Positions 28,909 to 38,210 of a DNA stretch of 64,000 nt are shown piece after piece. Source of the DNA: a virus. Position 1 is the stretch's first letter. The number at the start of each line of letters is the position of its first letter. The position numbers and the translations under genes are program-made. The stretch is from positions 9,430-73,429 of the IMG/VR virus record IMGVR_UViG_3300025000_000007. The stretch is one strand, 5' to 3'. The notes below the pieces were generated by a model. That model saw only the letters and a list, made by a program, of their open reading frames with translations, did not search any database and was not told where the DNA came from.

Positions 28909-29295
28909 ATGAGCACTGAAAATATGTTTGAATTTGCAGCTAGGAATAAACTCAGGTTCCCATTTAGGGGGATAGTAGCGACTGAAGACCTCTTTGATTT
29001 GTCGCTTACTTCTCTTGATTCCATATTCAAAACGTTAAATTGTGAGTCAAAGAAGGTAAAGGAAGAAAGTCTGCTTACAGTGCAGTCAAAGGAAGATGAA
29101 ACTCTAACTGTGATGATTGAAATTGTGAAATACATTGTATCTACCAAACTTGCCGAGGAAAACGCAAGATTGCAGGCAAAAGAGAAGAGGGAAAAGAAAC
29201 AGAAGATCATGGAAATTATGGCATCTAAGCAGGATGTTGAACTGGCAGCAAAATCAATTGATGAGCTTAAAATGATGCTTGATGAATTGGAGTGA
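28909..29295 (+). CDS. Conserved phage partner protein
   Basis: FEFAARNKLRFPFRGIVATEDLFDL, then coiled coil. Confidence 0.65.
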   Translation: MSTENMFEFAARNKLRFPFRGIVATEDLFDLSLTSLDSIFKTLNCESKKVKEESLLTVQSKEDETLTVMIEIVKYIVSTKLAEENARLQAKEKREKKQKIMEIMASKQDVELAAKSIDELKMMLDELE

Positions 29296-29644
29296 ACAGG
29301 GAATAATCTTCCCTCTTTTTTAATATTTCATATCATTACAAAATAAAAACAGTTAAATACTAAGAATTTTTTCAGTACCCCCACATTCTCAAACGGCGGC
29401 TTCATTAGGATAGTCATTTCATGGGGTTTGGAAATAAATAAAGAGAAGAAACTAAGATACGCTCACTCAAAAGCCATACTTAACACTTCAATAGCCGCCC
29501 GAAACTCTCTGATCTCCCGTGTATGGCACTCAGTAAGATGATAATGCAAATGATCTTTAAGCACTTGAACAGGGTCCCTATACACAGGCTTGGGTCTGAG
29601 CCTCAGGTTAAGTTCTATTAATTTCAATATATCCCACTCCATTT

Positions 29645-30568
29645 TTAAAATTCTAAAATATCTTCTACGATTTCTTTATAATCTTCTAATTCCTCTTTTG
29701 TCAGTTCTTCCTTCGCTCTATACTCATTTAATTTTTTATGCCCTGTCAGCACCTGAGAAACAATCATCCGTCGCCAAAATGGTTTAATATATTTTTTCAA
29801 AAGTCCGATAATGCCAACAGCTATCGCACCTAACCACCATTCAATATTTTTAATATCAAATTCAGCGACGGACAACTTATCTCACTTCCTTATTGTCAGA
29901 GACATCCTTTTTACTTCTTCAGGATTTACATATTTAGATTTTTGAGTAGATTCAATCCATATCCGGATTTTCTCACCATTCCCCCCAATTACTATACCAA
30001 GTTCACCCTTTGACGTTTTTACTTTGACTCCACGCTCCATTTCATCAGTCCTTAGCGGCATCAATAATCATTACACCAAGCTCCTGGGCTTCAGCCGCAG
30101 TGAATCCATCTTTAGAAAGCTCCTGAGCACGTACAAATATTTTTCCGATTTCAGTTAATGAGATGTTCCCGATGGCTCCGTTAATCTCTTCGATGAGCCC
30201 TGAATAATCTGCCTGGAGTTTCATTGCAGTTTCTCCAAGATCATCAGGGAGAAGCTTAAAACCCTGCATACGAGCATATCCATACAATCCAGCTACAACG
30301 GTTACAGATCCGCCAAGTGCTCCGGTTATAAAAGATGCAATATCCATTTAAATCGCTCCTGTTTTTATTTTTTCCAATTTTTACAGCTTGAATTTTTACC
30401 TTTTTCCAATCCATCGCGAGAACATATACAGAGACAGTCGGAGAAATCTTCGGTTTCCTCATGGTCTGCACAATTTGAACATGTCTGGGATGATTTCAGC
30501 TTGTCTTTGCGTTGTTTTTCTATTGCTCCGAGTGTTGAATAACAGTCCATGCACATTGTAATCCTCAC
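29645..30568 (-). CDS. Small ORFs of the putative lysis cassette (29645..29875 one TM, 29882..30064, 30045..30347 holin-like, 30365..30568 Cys-rich)
   Basis: Hydrophobic N-termini; co-oriented with the beta-helix enzyme gene. Confidence 0.45.
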
Positions 30569-31086
30569 TGTTTTAAATATATTCCAATCTCCCGATCTCC
30601 AACATGCGCCTTCAAATCCTCAATTTGTATTTTTGCATCAATTTCATTTTTACACGCGATCCATATCGCACACTGCACGTCCTCGATAACCGGCTTCGCG
30701 GGAACATCAACGAGGGAATAAGTGTATGATGGGAGCTTAAACCGAGATCTAACAGTCGATTTGGACGTTATCAAATACCACCTGAGAATAACACTTTTTC
30801 CAGTCCCCGCAAGAAAACCAACACTTTCATTCTTTTCTTGATATGTTGTTTTAGTTTCAATCCATTTTGCCAATATAGTTTCTGCTCCTCCTGTTTCCTG
30901 TGCGGTAACGGTTAATGTTCCGGTAGTTCCTGCACTTACTACATACAGCGAAGCAGACAGTTTTTCTATTTTAATTTGTTTTCCGCTTACTCCGCCTATT
31001 ACAACCGCTTTTTGTAGGCATTTATCACCTTCACATGATGTATATAGCGTTGAATATACCCGATTTGGATCTATTACATGTTCCAT
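30565..31086 (-). CDS. Hypothetical beta-rich protein
   Basis: ORF in operon. Confidence 0.5.
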   Translation of the reverse strand: MEHVIDPNRVYSTLYTSCEGDKCLQKAVVIGGVSGKQIKIEKLSASLYVVSAGTTGTLTVTAQETGGAETILAKWIETKTTYQEKNESVGFLAGTGKSVILRWYLITSKSTVRSRFKLPSYTYSLVDVPAKPVIEDVQCAIWIACKNEIDAKIQIEDLKAHVGDREIGIYLKQ

Positions 31087-31089
31087 TTT

Positions 31090-32517
31090 TCACACCTTCT
31101 TATAAATTGAATACTCTTCCGTCAATGATTTTGAAATATCAAGAACGTCCTGAGAACTGCATGTTACAATTATTTTCACAGGTTCCTCCGGAGGTTCAGG
31201 CTCTCCAACTGCCCCTCCTGAGCTTTCATCTTCTTCTATAATACAATATCGAGAAGCTTCATTCGTACCGTTATATCTCCCTGCTTCACCTCCGGAATAA
31301 ATACAAGGGGAATTAACAGAGTCCAGAACATAACCTGATTCTGTATAGTGTCCACCCATAGCAGAAAGATGATATCCATTCACGAAAAGCGGATCTTTCA
31401 GAACAGGGGCAGAGCCTGTTAACCCGTTAGAGACATTTCCATAAAAACAATTATCTGAAATATCAAGGATATATCTGCCCTGATTTGCAATTGCAAGTCC
31501 CTGAGTTCCGACGAGATTCTTTTTTGTATTTGTTATGATGTTGTTTTTTACAGTAGCTGAATAACCTGAACTTGAAGAGGTCGTCTGGTATCTCCCAAAA
31601 AGAATTCCATAACCGAGGCAACCGTTTATTGTATTATCCTTAATAGTGACATTATCCCATCCATCAACAACCATGCCGCCAACTCCTGGAATACCATTTC
31701 CAGCAGGCATCAAACCACAATTAATAATTAGGTTATTACGTACTAACAGATTTTTAGCTGCATTAATGGCCGTTGCGCGGAGTCCTGCCGCCCATACCCC
31801 CGGTCCTAAAGTGTTCTGGATTGTATTATTATAGATAGAGATCTCAGAGGTTGTTTCATCCTCTTCTGAATTTTCAACCTGAATCCCTGGGGAATATGCT
31901 TCAGTCGTCCCAAACACTAGATTATCATGGAATGATACTCCCTTAGATCCCTTGCTCCGGAGTGCTGAATTTGTCCGGCAATATGTGGTATTGTTCCAAG
32001 CCTCTACACCTGAACAGCGATCCGCATAAAGCCCCTCATGTCCGGCCTCTTTTATTAAATTTCCACAATAAAGAATATTTTCGCAATCGGTTAATCTTGC
32101 AATGTCACCCTGTGATTCTCCCGCTATAATATTTCGAATGGTTATGTTTTTTCCATTTTTAAGGCCAACGAAATTATCAAATCCCTGCCCGTGAGGTATT
32201 CCAGCGGCAGCCTGCGCTAATCTATTCCCCTTGAAAGTGATATTCTCAACTAAAATATCTGAAATAGTGCTTCCTGCTTGCCCGAAAATTGGAGTCATAG
32301 AGGGAAATAGAGTTCGAGATAACCCCGGAGAAAGTGTAATTACTGCGCTCGTATCTTCGGGCCCTGTTATTGTGGTTCCCGAATTTAGTTTGTAGGGATA
32401 ATTAGCAGTATATTTATTATCCTTGAGTAATTCGATTTCGGAATAGTGGAAACCGTCGCCCACTTTGTCAAAAGTTTCCTGCTGTAAAGTTCCGCTGGAT
32501 AGTTCAAGAGTTGCCAT
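31090..32517 (-). CDS. Disaggregatase-related right-handed beta-helix glycanase
   Basis: PbH repeats; C-terminal DPLF...YHL...G......DSVNSPCI...GRY..T..AS, recalled from Methanosarcina disaggregatase-like proteins. Confidence 0.65.
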   Translation of the reverse strand: MATLELSSGTLQQETFDKVGDGFHYSEIELLKDNKYTANYPYKLNSGTTITGPEDTSAVITLSPGLSRTLFPSMTPIFGQAGSTISDILVENITFKGNRLAQAAAGIPHGQGFDNFVGLKNGKNITIRNIIAGESQGDIARLTDCENILYCGNLIKEAGHEGLYADRCSGVEAWNNTTYCRTNSALRSKGSKGVSFHDNLVFGTTEAYSPGIQVENSEEDETTSEISIYNNTIQNTLGPGVWAAGLRATAINAAKNLLVRNNLIINCGLMPAGNGIPGVGGMVVDGWDNVTIKDNTINGCLGYGILFGRYQTTSSSSGYSATVKNNIITNTKKNLVGTQGLAIANQGRYILDISDNCFYGNVSNGLTGSAPVLKDPLFVNGYHLSAMGGHYTESGYVLDSVNSPCIYSGGEAGRYNGTNEASRYCIIEEDESSGGAVGEPEPPEEPVKIIVTCSSQDVLDISKSLTEEYSIYKKV

Positions 32518-32713
32518 CTGACCCCCGATTCAATATCTCTTTAATTTTTGTACTTTTTGCACCTATAATCATGCAAATCAGCCCACATACAGGCATAAAA
32601 AAAACACCATCGTGCTCAGTGAGCATTGCAACAATTTCAAGCGCGGCTAACCAAAATACCCCCCATATAATCACTGCGTTATCTGAGATGTCCAGGAGAG
32701 AGCACCGCCGCAC
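32504..32713 (-). CDS. Holin-like two-TM protein
   Basis: Two TM segments and a basic C-terminus, directly upstream of the glycanase. Confidence 0.5.
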   Translation of the reverse strand: MRRCSLLDISDNAVIIWGVFWLAALEIVAMLTEHDGVFFMPVCGLICMIIGAKSTKIKEILNRGSDGNS

Positions 32714-32993
32714 AGTTCCGTTTTGTAAAATGTGTATTCATGAGTGTAACCTTGGATTATCAGTCAAACATTATATAATTACAATATATGTGTCCTGTAT
32801 TATAAACATTTGTGAATAGATATTTTATGTCATAAAAAGAGAAACGGCAGACATTGATAGAAAAGTATTCTAAATTATACATAAAGAGAGTATATTGTTA
32901 TTCGATGGTTATTATATTAGTTGATTATAATTAATTTAGTTGATTCTTCTAGTATTATATTATTGAGATGATATTATAGTTGTAAACTCATTT

Positions 32994-33052
32994 GAGTACA
33001 AACATTTATATACTTTGTACGCGTAGTATTATCTACAGGTGAAATACAATGA
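32994..33052 (+). promoter_or_regulatory. Repeated promoter, copy 1
   Basis: 46 bp identical to 34041-34086; GTACAAA/TTTGTAC inverted repeat around TTTATATA. Confidence 0.8.
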
Positions 33053-33793
33053 TGATAAACAGAAGAAACGTGAACCTTTTTGGTACGATGTTTGAATATG
33101 TTGAAGATGCTGACTTTGGATACTACGAAACTGCAGACGGGAAAATAAGAGAAACTCCATTCATTGAAGCAGTGAAACCTCAAGAATCATCTGATTTCAT
33201 GATATTCCCCGAAGACCAGATACAATACGAAGGTAAAACCTATACTAAGGTCAATTTTGGGGAATATGACGACGAGGAAATAGGAGAAACTTTCCTGCTG
33301 GATAGTGCCCTCGATGAAGAAGTTTTCTTGATCTATAATAAGGTAGAGGGAAAGGAAGCAACTTACAGGGCAAATTCAAAGTGCTACAGGACAGAAGATC
33401 TTGCTTATATTAGTGGAAATCTAAATTAACGAGGTCTGAAAAATGACCTCTAAAATAACTTTTTCAGGAATCAAACACACTCTTGTCAAATCTGCTTCTG
33501 ACATAACTAAAACGGAAATATCCATCGGGAAATTAAACGCACGTAGCGTTGTAAACAGGTTAGGACCAAGGCTTAGAATAGACGTCCTTGTTCTGAAAAC
33601 ACTTCCTGTATTAATCTGTGATGAGCCGTTCACCGTCAACGAGGACAATATCAGAAAAGGGACGAGGCGTTGTTATGAAACACTGACCAAATCGTTTTTA
33701 GACTCTGGTAAGCTCCCGGTACACGCTGATTTTTTCAGGAAAATTAAGGATGGTGATAATATAGTTGTGATTTTGCACGAGGTCACACCATGA
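33049..33793 (+). CDS. Two hypothetical ORFs (33049..33429, 33443..33793)
   Basis: Downstream of the repeated promoter, RBS present. Confidence 0.55.
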
Positions 33794-34041
33794 ATTTGTC
33801 AACAGAAATACAATGTCATAGTGACACGGAATTAAATTATTTTAAATTGCTCGTCGAGGTATCAAAATCTAAAATGACTATAATGGAGCTGGCAACGGCC
33901 ATAGGATTGTCAGATGACAATACCCAGCGAATGATAAAAAAGTTGCAAACTAAAGGATATGTGAATAAAATATTCGCTGGAAAGTGCAGGTATGTATCAC
34001 TCACTGATCGGGGTAAAAACGCTATAAATTCAATACAATAG
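33790..34041 (+). CDS. MarR-like winged-HTH regulator
   Basis: MTIMELATAIGLSDDNTQRMIKKLQTKGYV...VSLTDRG. Confidence 0.8.
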   Translation: MNLSTEIQCHSDTELNYFKLLVEVSKSKMTIMELATAIGLSDDNTQRMIKKLQTKGYVNKIFAGKCRYVSLTDRGKNAINSIQ

Positions 34042-34099
34042 AGTACAAACATTTATATACTTTGTACGCGTAGTATTATCTACAGGAGGAATACAATGA
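34041..34099 (+). promoter_or_regulatory. Repeated promoter, copy 2 (heads the type IV operon)
   Basis: 59 bp with 2 mismatches to copy 1, including RBS and ATG. Confidence 0.8.
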
Positions 34100-34323
34100 A
34101 AATTGTAACAGCAAGCGGGAAAGTAACAATCAACAAAAGATCAGCATACGGAAAATGGCTACAGGGATGGATCTCTTGTGATGGATTTACAGGCGCATCA
34201 ACTCTTTCAGATGCGTGGGATAGAGCAACGGTGATTAAGACGAATGGGTGCTCGTGGGAATGTCTTGGCAAACTGATGGCATCCGAACAGAAGTTTGGGA
34301 AGGGGTGTGCAGAACCGGAATGA
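34096..34323 (+). CDS. Hypothetical protein
   Basis: AGGAGG RBS after the promoter. Confidence 0.55.
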   Translation: MKIVTASGKVTINKRSAYGKWLQGWISCDGFTGASTLSDAWDRATVIKTNGCSWECLGKLMASEQKFGKGCAEPE

Positions 34324-34796
34324 AATTTCAAAAAATATATTTTATCTCAGATCACGCAGTTTCCGCGTTCAGGGGGCGTTTGAATTGTCCTAACCTCCCT
34401 ACAAAACAAGTACGGGACCATATACTTTCCGAACTTCAAAAAGAAAATCTGGTTACATATGAGAGGTACAACCACAAAATACAGCCCATATATCAGGGAG
34501 CATACAACGGAATTATATATCATATTCCTGTCCACCACGAAGTTAAAAAAACGGATGCGTGGGATGTTGTGCCAACTGTATTGCTTCCGGGTATGAAAAC
34601 ATATTCGAATTGGTTAGAAATGCTGACCGTGGAGGAGGCTGCAACTAAACTGAATGTGTCTCAAGAACAAGTTATCATATTTTTGAAAGAGGGTCGATTG
34701 AAGTTTGATCCTCAAGTAAACACAGTAATAAAAATATACAAATTGGACGTGAGGAGACTAAATCAAGAACTGATAAAAGAGAGGGTGACAACTTAA
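34320..34796 (+). CDS. Protein with a possible RelE-like N-terminal domain and a C-terminal excisionase-type HTH
   Basis: ISDHAVSAFRGR; MLTVEEAATKLNVSQEQVIIFLKEGRL. Confidence 0.55.
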   Translation: MKFQKIYFISDHAVSAFRGRLNCPNLPTKQVRDHILSELQKENLVTYERYNHKIQPIYQGAYNGIIYHIPVHHEVKKTDAWDVVPTVLLPGMKTYSNWLEMLTVEEAATKLNVSQEQVIIFLKEGRLKFDPQVNTVIKIYKLDVRRLNQELIKERVTT

Positions 34797-35407
34797 CAAC
34801 ACTTTCAAAATTAATATGTAAAGCACGTGGGATAACCCCCGCCATAGGCAAAGAACCAGGAACGTGTGTTTTTTGCGGATGTGAAACTGATCAAGGATAT
34901 CCTAAAAAGGTGATATCAGACAATTTTACAGCATGGGATAGACTTGGATACGGTGATGTCGTATGCCCAGCGTGTAATCATGTTTACACAGATCCGACTT
35001 ATCGAAAAAAAGCATGGGTGGTCACAAAATCCACTTTTGCAGAAATTAAAAGAGAAAATGCTAAAGTCCTGCTGCTTAATCCCCCCGAACCTCCATTCGT
35101 GATATACCTCACAATGACCTGGAAAAAACAGGGGTTTGTGAATATAATGAATAAAGTTCAGGAGTCAAAAAAAAATTACTCAATCGGACTTGATTACGAA
35201 CTTATCGAGGTGAACACATCAAAACTTGAAGAATACTGCACTCTAATTACCGATCTCCTTGAAAAGAAGATCACAAAAACTGAATTGCAAACCGGGCAAT
35301 TAAAACCGAAAAGCTATGAAAAGCTTGGGTATGACATGGAACTTATAGAAAAAATAAAAACATTAGCTGGAAACCCACTATGGAATCTGGCTATATTTGT
35401 GAGCTGA
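34793..35407 (+). CDS. csf1: Type IV CRISPR-Cas large subunit Csf1 (Cas8-like)
   Basis: The frame upstream of the track start adds CVFCG, which pairs with CPAC to form a Zn finger; LLNPPEPPFVI motif; first gene of the csf operon. Confidence 0.75.
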   Translation, partial: LTTLSKLICKARGITPAIGKEPGTCVFCGCETDQGYPKKVISDNFTAWDRLGYGDVVCPACNHVYTDPTYRKKAWVVTKSTFAEIKRENAKVLLLNPPEPPFVIYLTMTWKKQGFVNIMNKVQESKKNYSIGLDYELIEVNTSKLEEYCTLITDLLEKKITKTELQTGQLKPKSYEKLGYDMELIEKIKTLAGNPLWNLAIFVS

Positions 35408-35411
35408 TAAA

Positions 35412-35789
35412 ATGGGAATGGAAATCACAGACAAAGAATTACGTGGACTGCTGGCAAAAACACTTTCAGGTATATGGAAAAGAGTATCTTGGAAAGACAT
35501 GACATCTATGAAACGTTCTTCCGTAGATGTGTTTTCGGAAAGGCTGAGGGCCGCGGCAGGCATGGAGAACGTGCCCCAAATGCTTGAAAAGATCTGCAAA
35601 GGGTTAGGGCTTCCGTCCGCAACGATGGACACAATAGATATTGAAATGCTGGAAGACGAAAGGGAACGGGTAAGGAAAATGCTCGGGAAAGAATCCGTGC
35701 TTGTTGCACTGCTCACTCAGAAAGAATCAAAAGAACAGTTTGAAACTGCAAAGAAACTGAAAGGAAATGCAAGTCTGGAGGGATATTAA
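35412..35789 (+). CDS. cas11: Type IV-B small subunit (Cas11-like)
   Basis: 125 aa helical protein between csf1 and csf2. Confidence 0.65.
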   Translation: MGMEITDKELRGLLAKTLSGIWKRVSWKDMTSMKRSSVDVFSERLRAAAGMENVPQMLEKICKGLGLPSATMDTIDIEMLEDERERVRKMLGKESVLVALLTQKESKEQFETAKKLKGNASLEGY

Positions 35790-36685
35790 TGTCAGTATTA
35801 CGAGTACCTGGATACATTACAGCACAGTCACCGATCCACCACGGAGGGGATGAGAAAGCAGGCAATCAGAGCCTAATCAGGCGGCAGACCTATATAGTAG
35901 ATCAGGCTCCGATAGAGATCCCTGTGATCTCAGGAAATGCAATCCGGGGAGTATTGCGCCGTATGATATGGGACGATCTGCTTGAGAGGGTAGGATATAC
36001 CCTTACAAACATGAAAATATATCATATGTTGTTTACAGGCGGTATCCTGGAAGCCGTTGACAGCAAAGACGTTGGAGTCATAGATATTGAAATGAAAAAG
36101 AAACTACGTGCTGAACTGCCTCCTCTTGCGGTCCTCGGAACTGCCCTAGGAAATCAGATGTTTGAGGGAAAACTGAAGTGTGCAATTGCTCAGCCAATAT
36201 GCAAGGAACTGAAAGAATTCCTTCCAGATGACCTGCCTATCGAGCCAACTACAAGCATCTATGAACTGGTTTCTTTCGATTTCATGACCCGCCTAGATGA
36301 TGTCAAGGAGGCACGGCAGGAAGGAGAAGCAGCACACCAGATGCTCATGAATTTTGAGGTAATCAATCCCGGCACTATCTTTGTCCATTCATTCGCGCTT
36401 GACAATCCAAACGAAGTTGAAAAAGGGGTACTGGCCAGATCCCTGAACCTCTGGAGAGAACATCCCTGGGTAGGAGGGAAGTCTGGAGTAGGATACGGGA
36501 CAGTGAAGCTGAACTATGAGATTGATGATGATTCAGCTTATCTGGAATTCATCGAAACCAACAAAGAGAAAATATGTGAAACCCTGAACTGGCTAGAGAC
36601 ACGGTCAAGTGAAAAGAAACAAGACGCGGAAGAATCCGCAAAAGCATCTAAGAAGGGGGCTAAACTTCTTGCAGAAGATAATTAG
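35789..36685 (+). CDS. csf2: Type IV Cas7-like backbone Csf2
   Basis: TAQSPIHHG, IPVISGNAIRGVLRR, LFTGG, EVINPGT, G-rich loop VGGKSGVGYG. Confidence 0.9.
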   Translation: MSVLRVPGYITAQSPIHHGGDEKAGNQSLIRRQTYIVDQAPIEIPVISGNAIRGVLRRMIWDDLLERVGYTLTNMKIYHMLFTGGILEAVDSKDVGVIDIEMKKKLRAELPPLAVLGTALGNQMFEGKLKCAIAQPICKELKEFLPDDLPIEPTTSIYELVSFDFMTRLDDVKEARQEGEAAHQMLMNFEVINPGTIFVHSFALDNPNEVEKGVLARSLNLWREHPWVGGKSGVGYGTVKLNYEIDDDSAYLEFIETNKEKICETLNWLETRSSEKKQDAEESAKASKKGAKLLAEDN

Positions 36686-37391
36686 AAAACTGAGGGGGTA
36701 TAACCCCCCTTCAAACTTTGAGCCTTTCAAGGTTGAAGCAAAACTGGGGGCCCCTATACTTCTTGCTCACCCATATATACACGGTGACAGTGTGCTTATG
36801 GCGCTACTAATGAAACAGATACTTAAGGATGATTATTATAATCTTCCTTCTAAGTCTCCGATTCCAGTTCATGACATTCTCAGACTGCCTCTGAAACAGA
36901 CAAATGGAGTTTATCACGCCTCCGTATCTCAGTTTGATACTGATATTATCAAGACCGAAACTGTGTACAAAAGGTTTGATGAGGAACACATCAACCACGT
37001 GAATTCAAAAATTAAGAGAGTACGCAAGGGGCAGGGGTTTTTCAAAGATTATATGATTAAGTTTCCTGTAATTCCCACAAAATCAGTGACGTTCTATTTC
37101 AATGGGGACCTGAAAGAGTGCATGAATATCTTAGAGGACCTTACAGCACTTGGGAAAAAAACAGATATTGGTTATGGTATCGTTCGCGCTGTATCGGTTG
37201 AGCCCACACCTGAAGACTATTCGTTTGTCAAAGACGGGAAGTGTATGAGACCACTGCCAGCAACCGAATTCAAAGACCTCTATGGTATCCCTTCAGTGGC
37301 TCAAAGACTCGCATGGAGGGCTCCCTACTGGGATAAGAAAAACGTGCAGATGTGCGCTGCCCCTGGTGCTATATTCTATCAAAAATTCTGA
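36609..37391 (+). CDS. csf3: Type IV Cas5-like Csf3 (true start may be TTG 36669)
   Basis: HGDSVL, LPL...YHAS, LGKKTDIGYG, MRPLP, RAPYW motifs. Confidence 0.85.
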   Translation: MKRNKTRKNPQKHLRRGLNFLQKIIRKLRGYNPPSNFEPFKVEAKLGAPILLAHPYIHGDSVLMALLMKQILKDDYYNLPSKSPIPVHDILRLPLKQTNGVYHASVSQFDTDIIKTETVYKRFDEEHINHVNSKIKRVRKGQGFFKDYMIKFPVIPTKSVTFYFNGDLKECMNILEDLTALGKKTDIGYGIVRAVSVEPTPEDYSFVKDGKCMRPLPATEFKDLYGIPSVAQRLAWRAPYWDKKNVQMCAAPGAIFYQKF

Positions 37392-37400
37392 GGGATATTC

Positions 37401-38114
37401 ATGATGCCTGACGAATGGCGCGAACTGTTTGAGTTATGGGCTGCAACAGACGACTACGAAAAAAGGATAGAAGAAGCTGAAAACAATATCAAACAAATTT
37501 TGATGACTGAAAAACCTACTGTCCTGTATAGCGGGGGAAAGGACAGCCTGGTTTTATTGCGGTTGGTGATGCTACAAAATGATAATATCCCGGTGTATTA
37601 TAGTGACTCTGGTTATGATTATGACTCAAAACAGATCAAGATGCCTAAACAGATGACGGATGATATTATCCAAATTGGAAAGGAAGCCGGAGCGAAAATA
37701 TTATACAGTTGTGGGCACAAAACGCCGAACTCTCGCCGGTTTTTTGGTAATCTGTTCAGAGTCATGAAAAAACATGGCTGCAATGTTGAACTTTTGGGAA
37801 TACGTGGTGGGGAAAGTTCAACCAGGGCCGCAAGAGTCAAGGGAGAACTTGTGAAAAGAGAAGGGACCCGAAGAGTATCTTTTCCTCTTAGAAATTTAGA
37901 TTGGAGGGATATATGGGCATACCTGATCTCAAATAATATCAGGTATCTCGATTATTACGACAAATATGCAGTCGTCGAGGGGGGATATGATAAGGTGAGG
38001 CTCACTTCAAGATTCAGCCAGGGGATGATTCATAAAGGCGGGTCTTTGTATATCGACGGGGTTATGATGCCTGAATTTAGAAATGAGGGGCCGGATAAAT
38101 TAGAAAAACGTTAA
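37401..38114 (+). CDS. cysH: CysH/PAPS-reductase-like PP-loop protein of the type IV-B locus
   Basis: SGGKDS, GIRGGES..R, PL.....DIWAYL; lacks the C-terminal ECGLH. Confidence 0.85.
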   Translation: MMPDEWRELFELWAATDDYEKRIEEAENNIKQILMTEKPTVLYSGGKDSLVLLRLVMLQNDNIPVYYSDSGYDYDSKQIKMPKQMTDDIIQIGKEAGAKILYSCGHKTPNSRRFFGNLFRVMKKHGCNVELLGIRGGESSTRAARVKGELVKREGTRRVSFPLRNLDWRDIWAYLISNNIRYLDYYDKYAVVEGGYDKVRLTSRFSQGMIHKGGSLYIDGVMMPEFRNEGPDKLEKR

Positions 38115-38148
38115 TAAAATTCAAACATGTACATTTTTTAACAACGTA

Positions 38149-38179
38149 TGAGTACAGATGTATATATACGTTGTACTCA
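38149..38179 (+). promoter_or_regulatory. Repeated promoter, diverged copy 3
   Basis: TGAGTACA-N15(TATATATA)-TGTACTCA, same geometry as copies 1 and 2. Confidence 0.7.
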
Positions 38180-38210
38180 CATTATACTATACTAATGTGT
38201 ATATGACGAT

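Noticed and set aside
29400-29640. GC-richer intergenic tract as an ncRNA
   Set aside because: Explained by a short minus-strand ORF (MEWDILKLIELNLRLRPKPVY...) below the track cutoff
32994-34099. 46-bp direct repeat as a CRISPR array for the type IV system
   Set aside because: Only two exact copies about 1 kb apart with genes between them; each contains TATA, RBS and ATG, so they read as promoters
37401-38114. cysH as an auxiliary sulfate-assimilation gene
   Set aside because: Lacks the ECGLH and Fe-S cysteine motifs and sits in the csf operon
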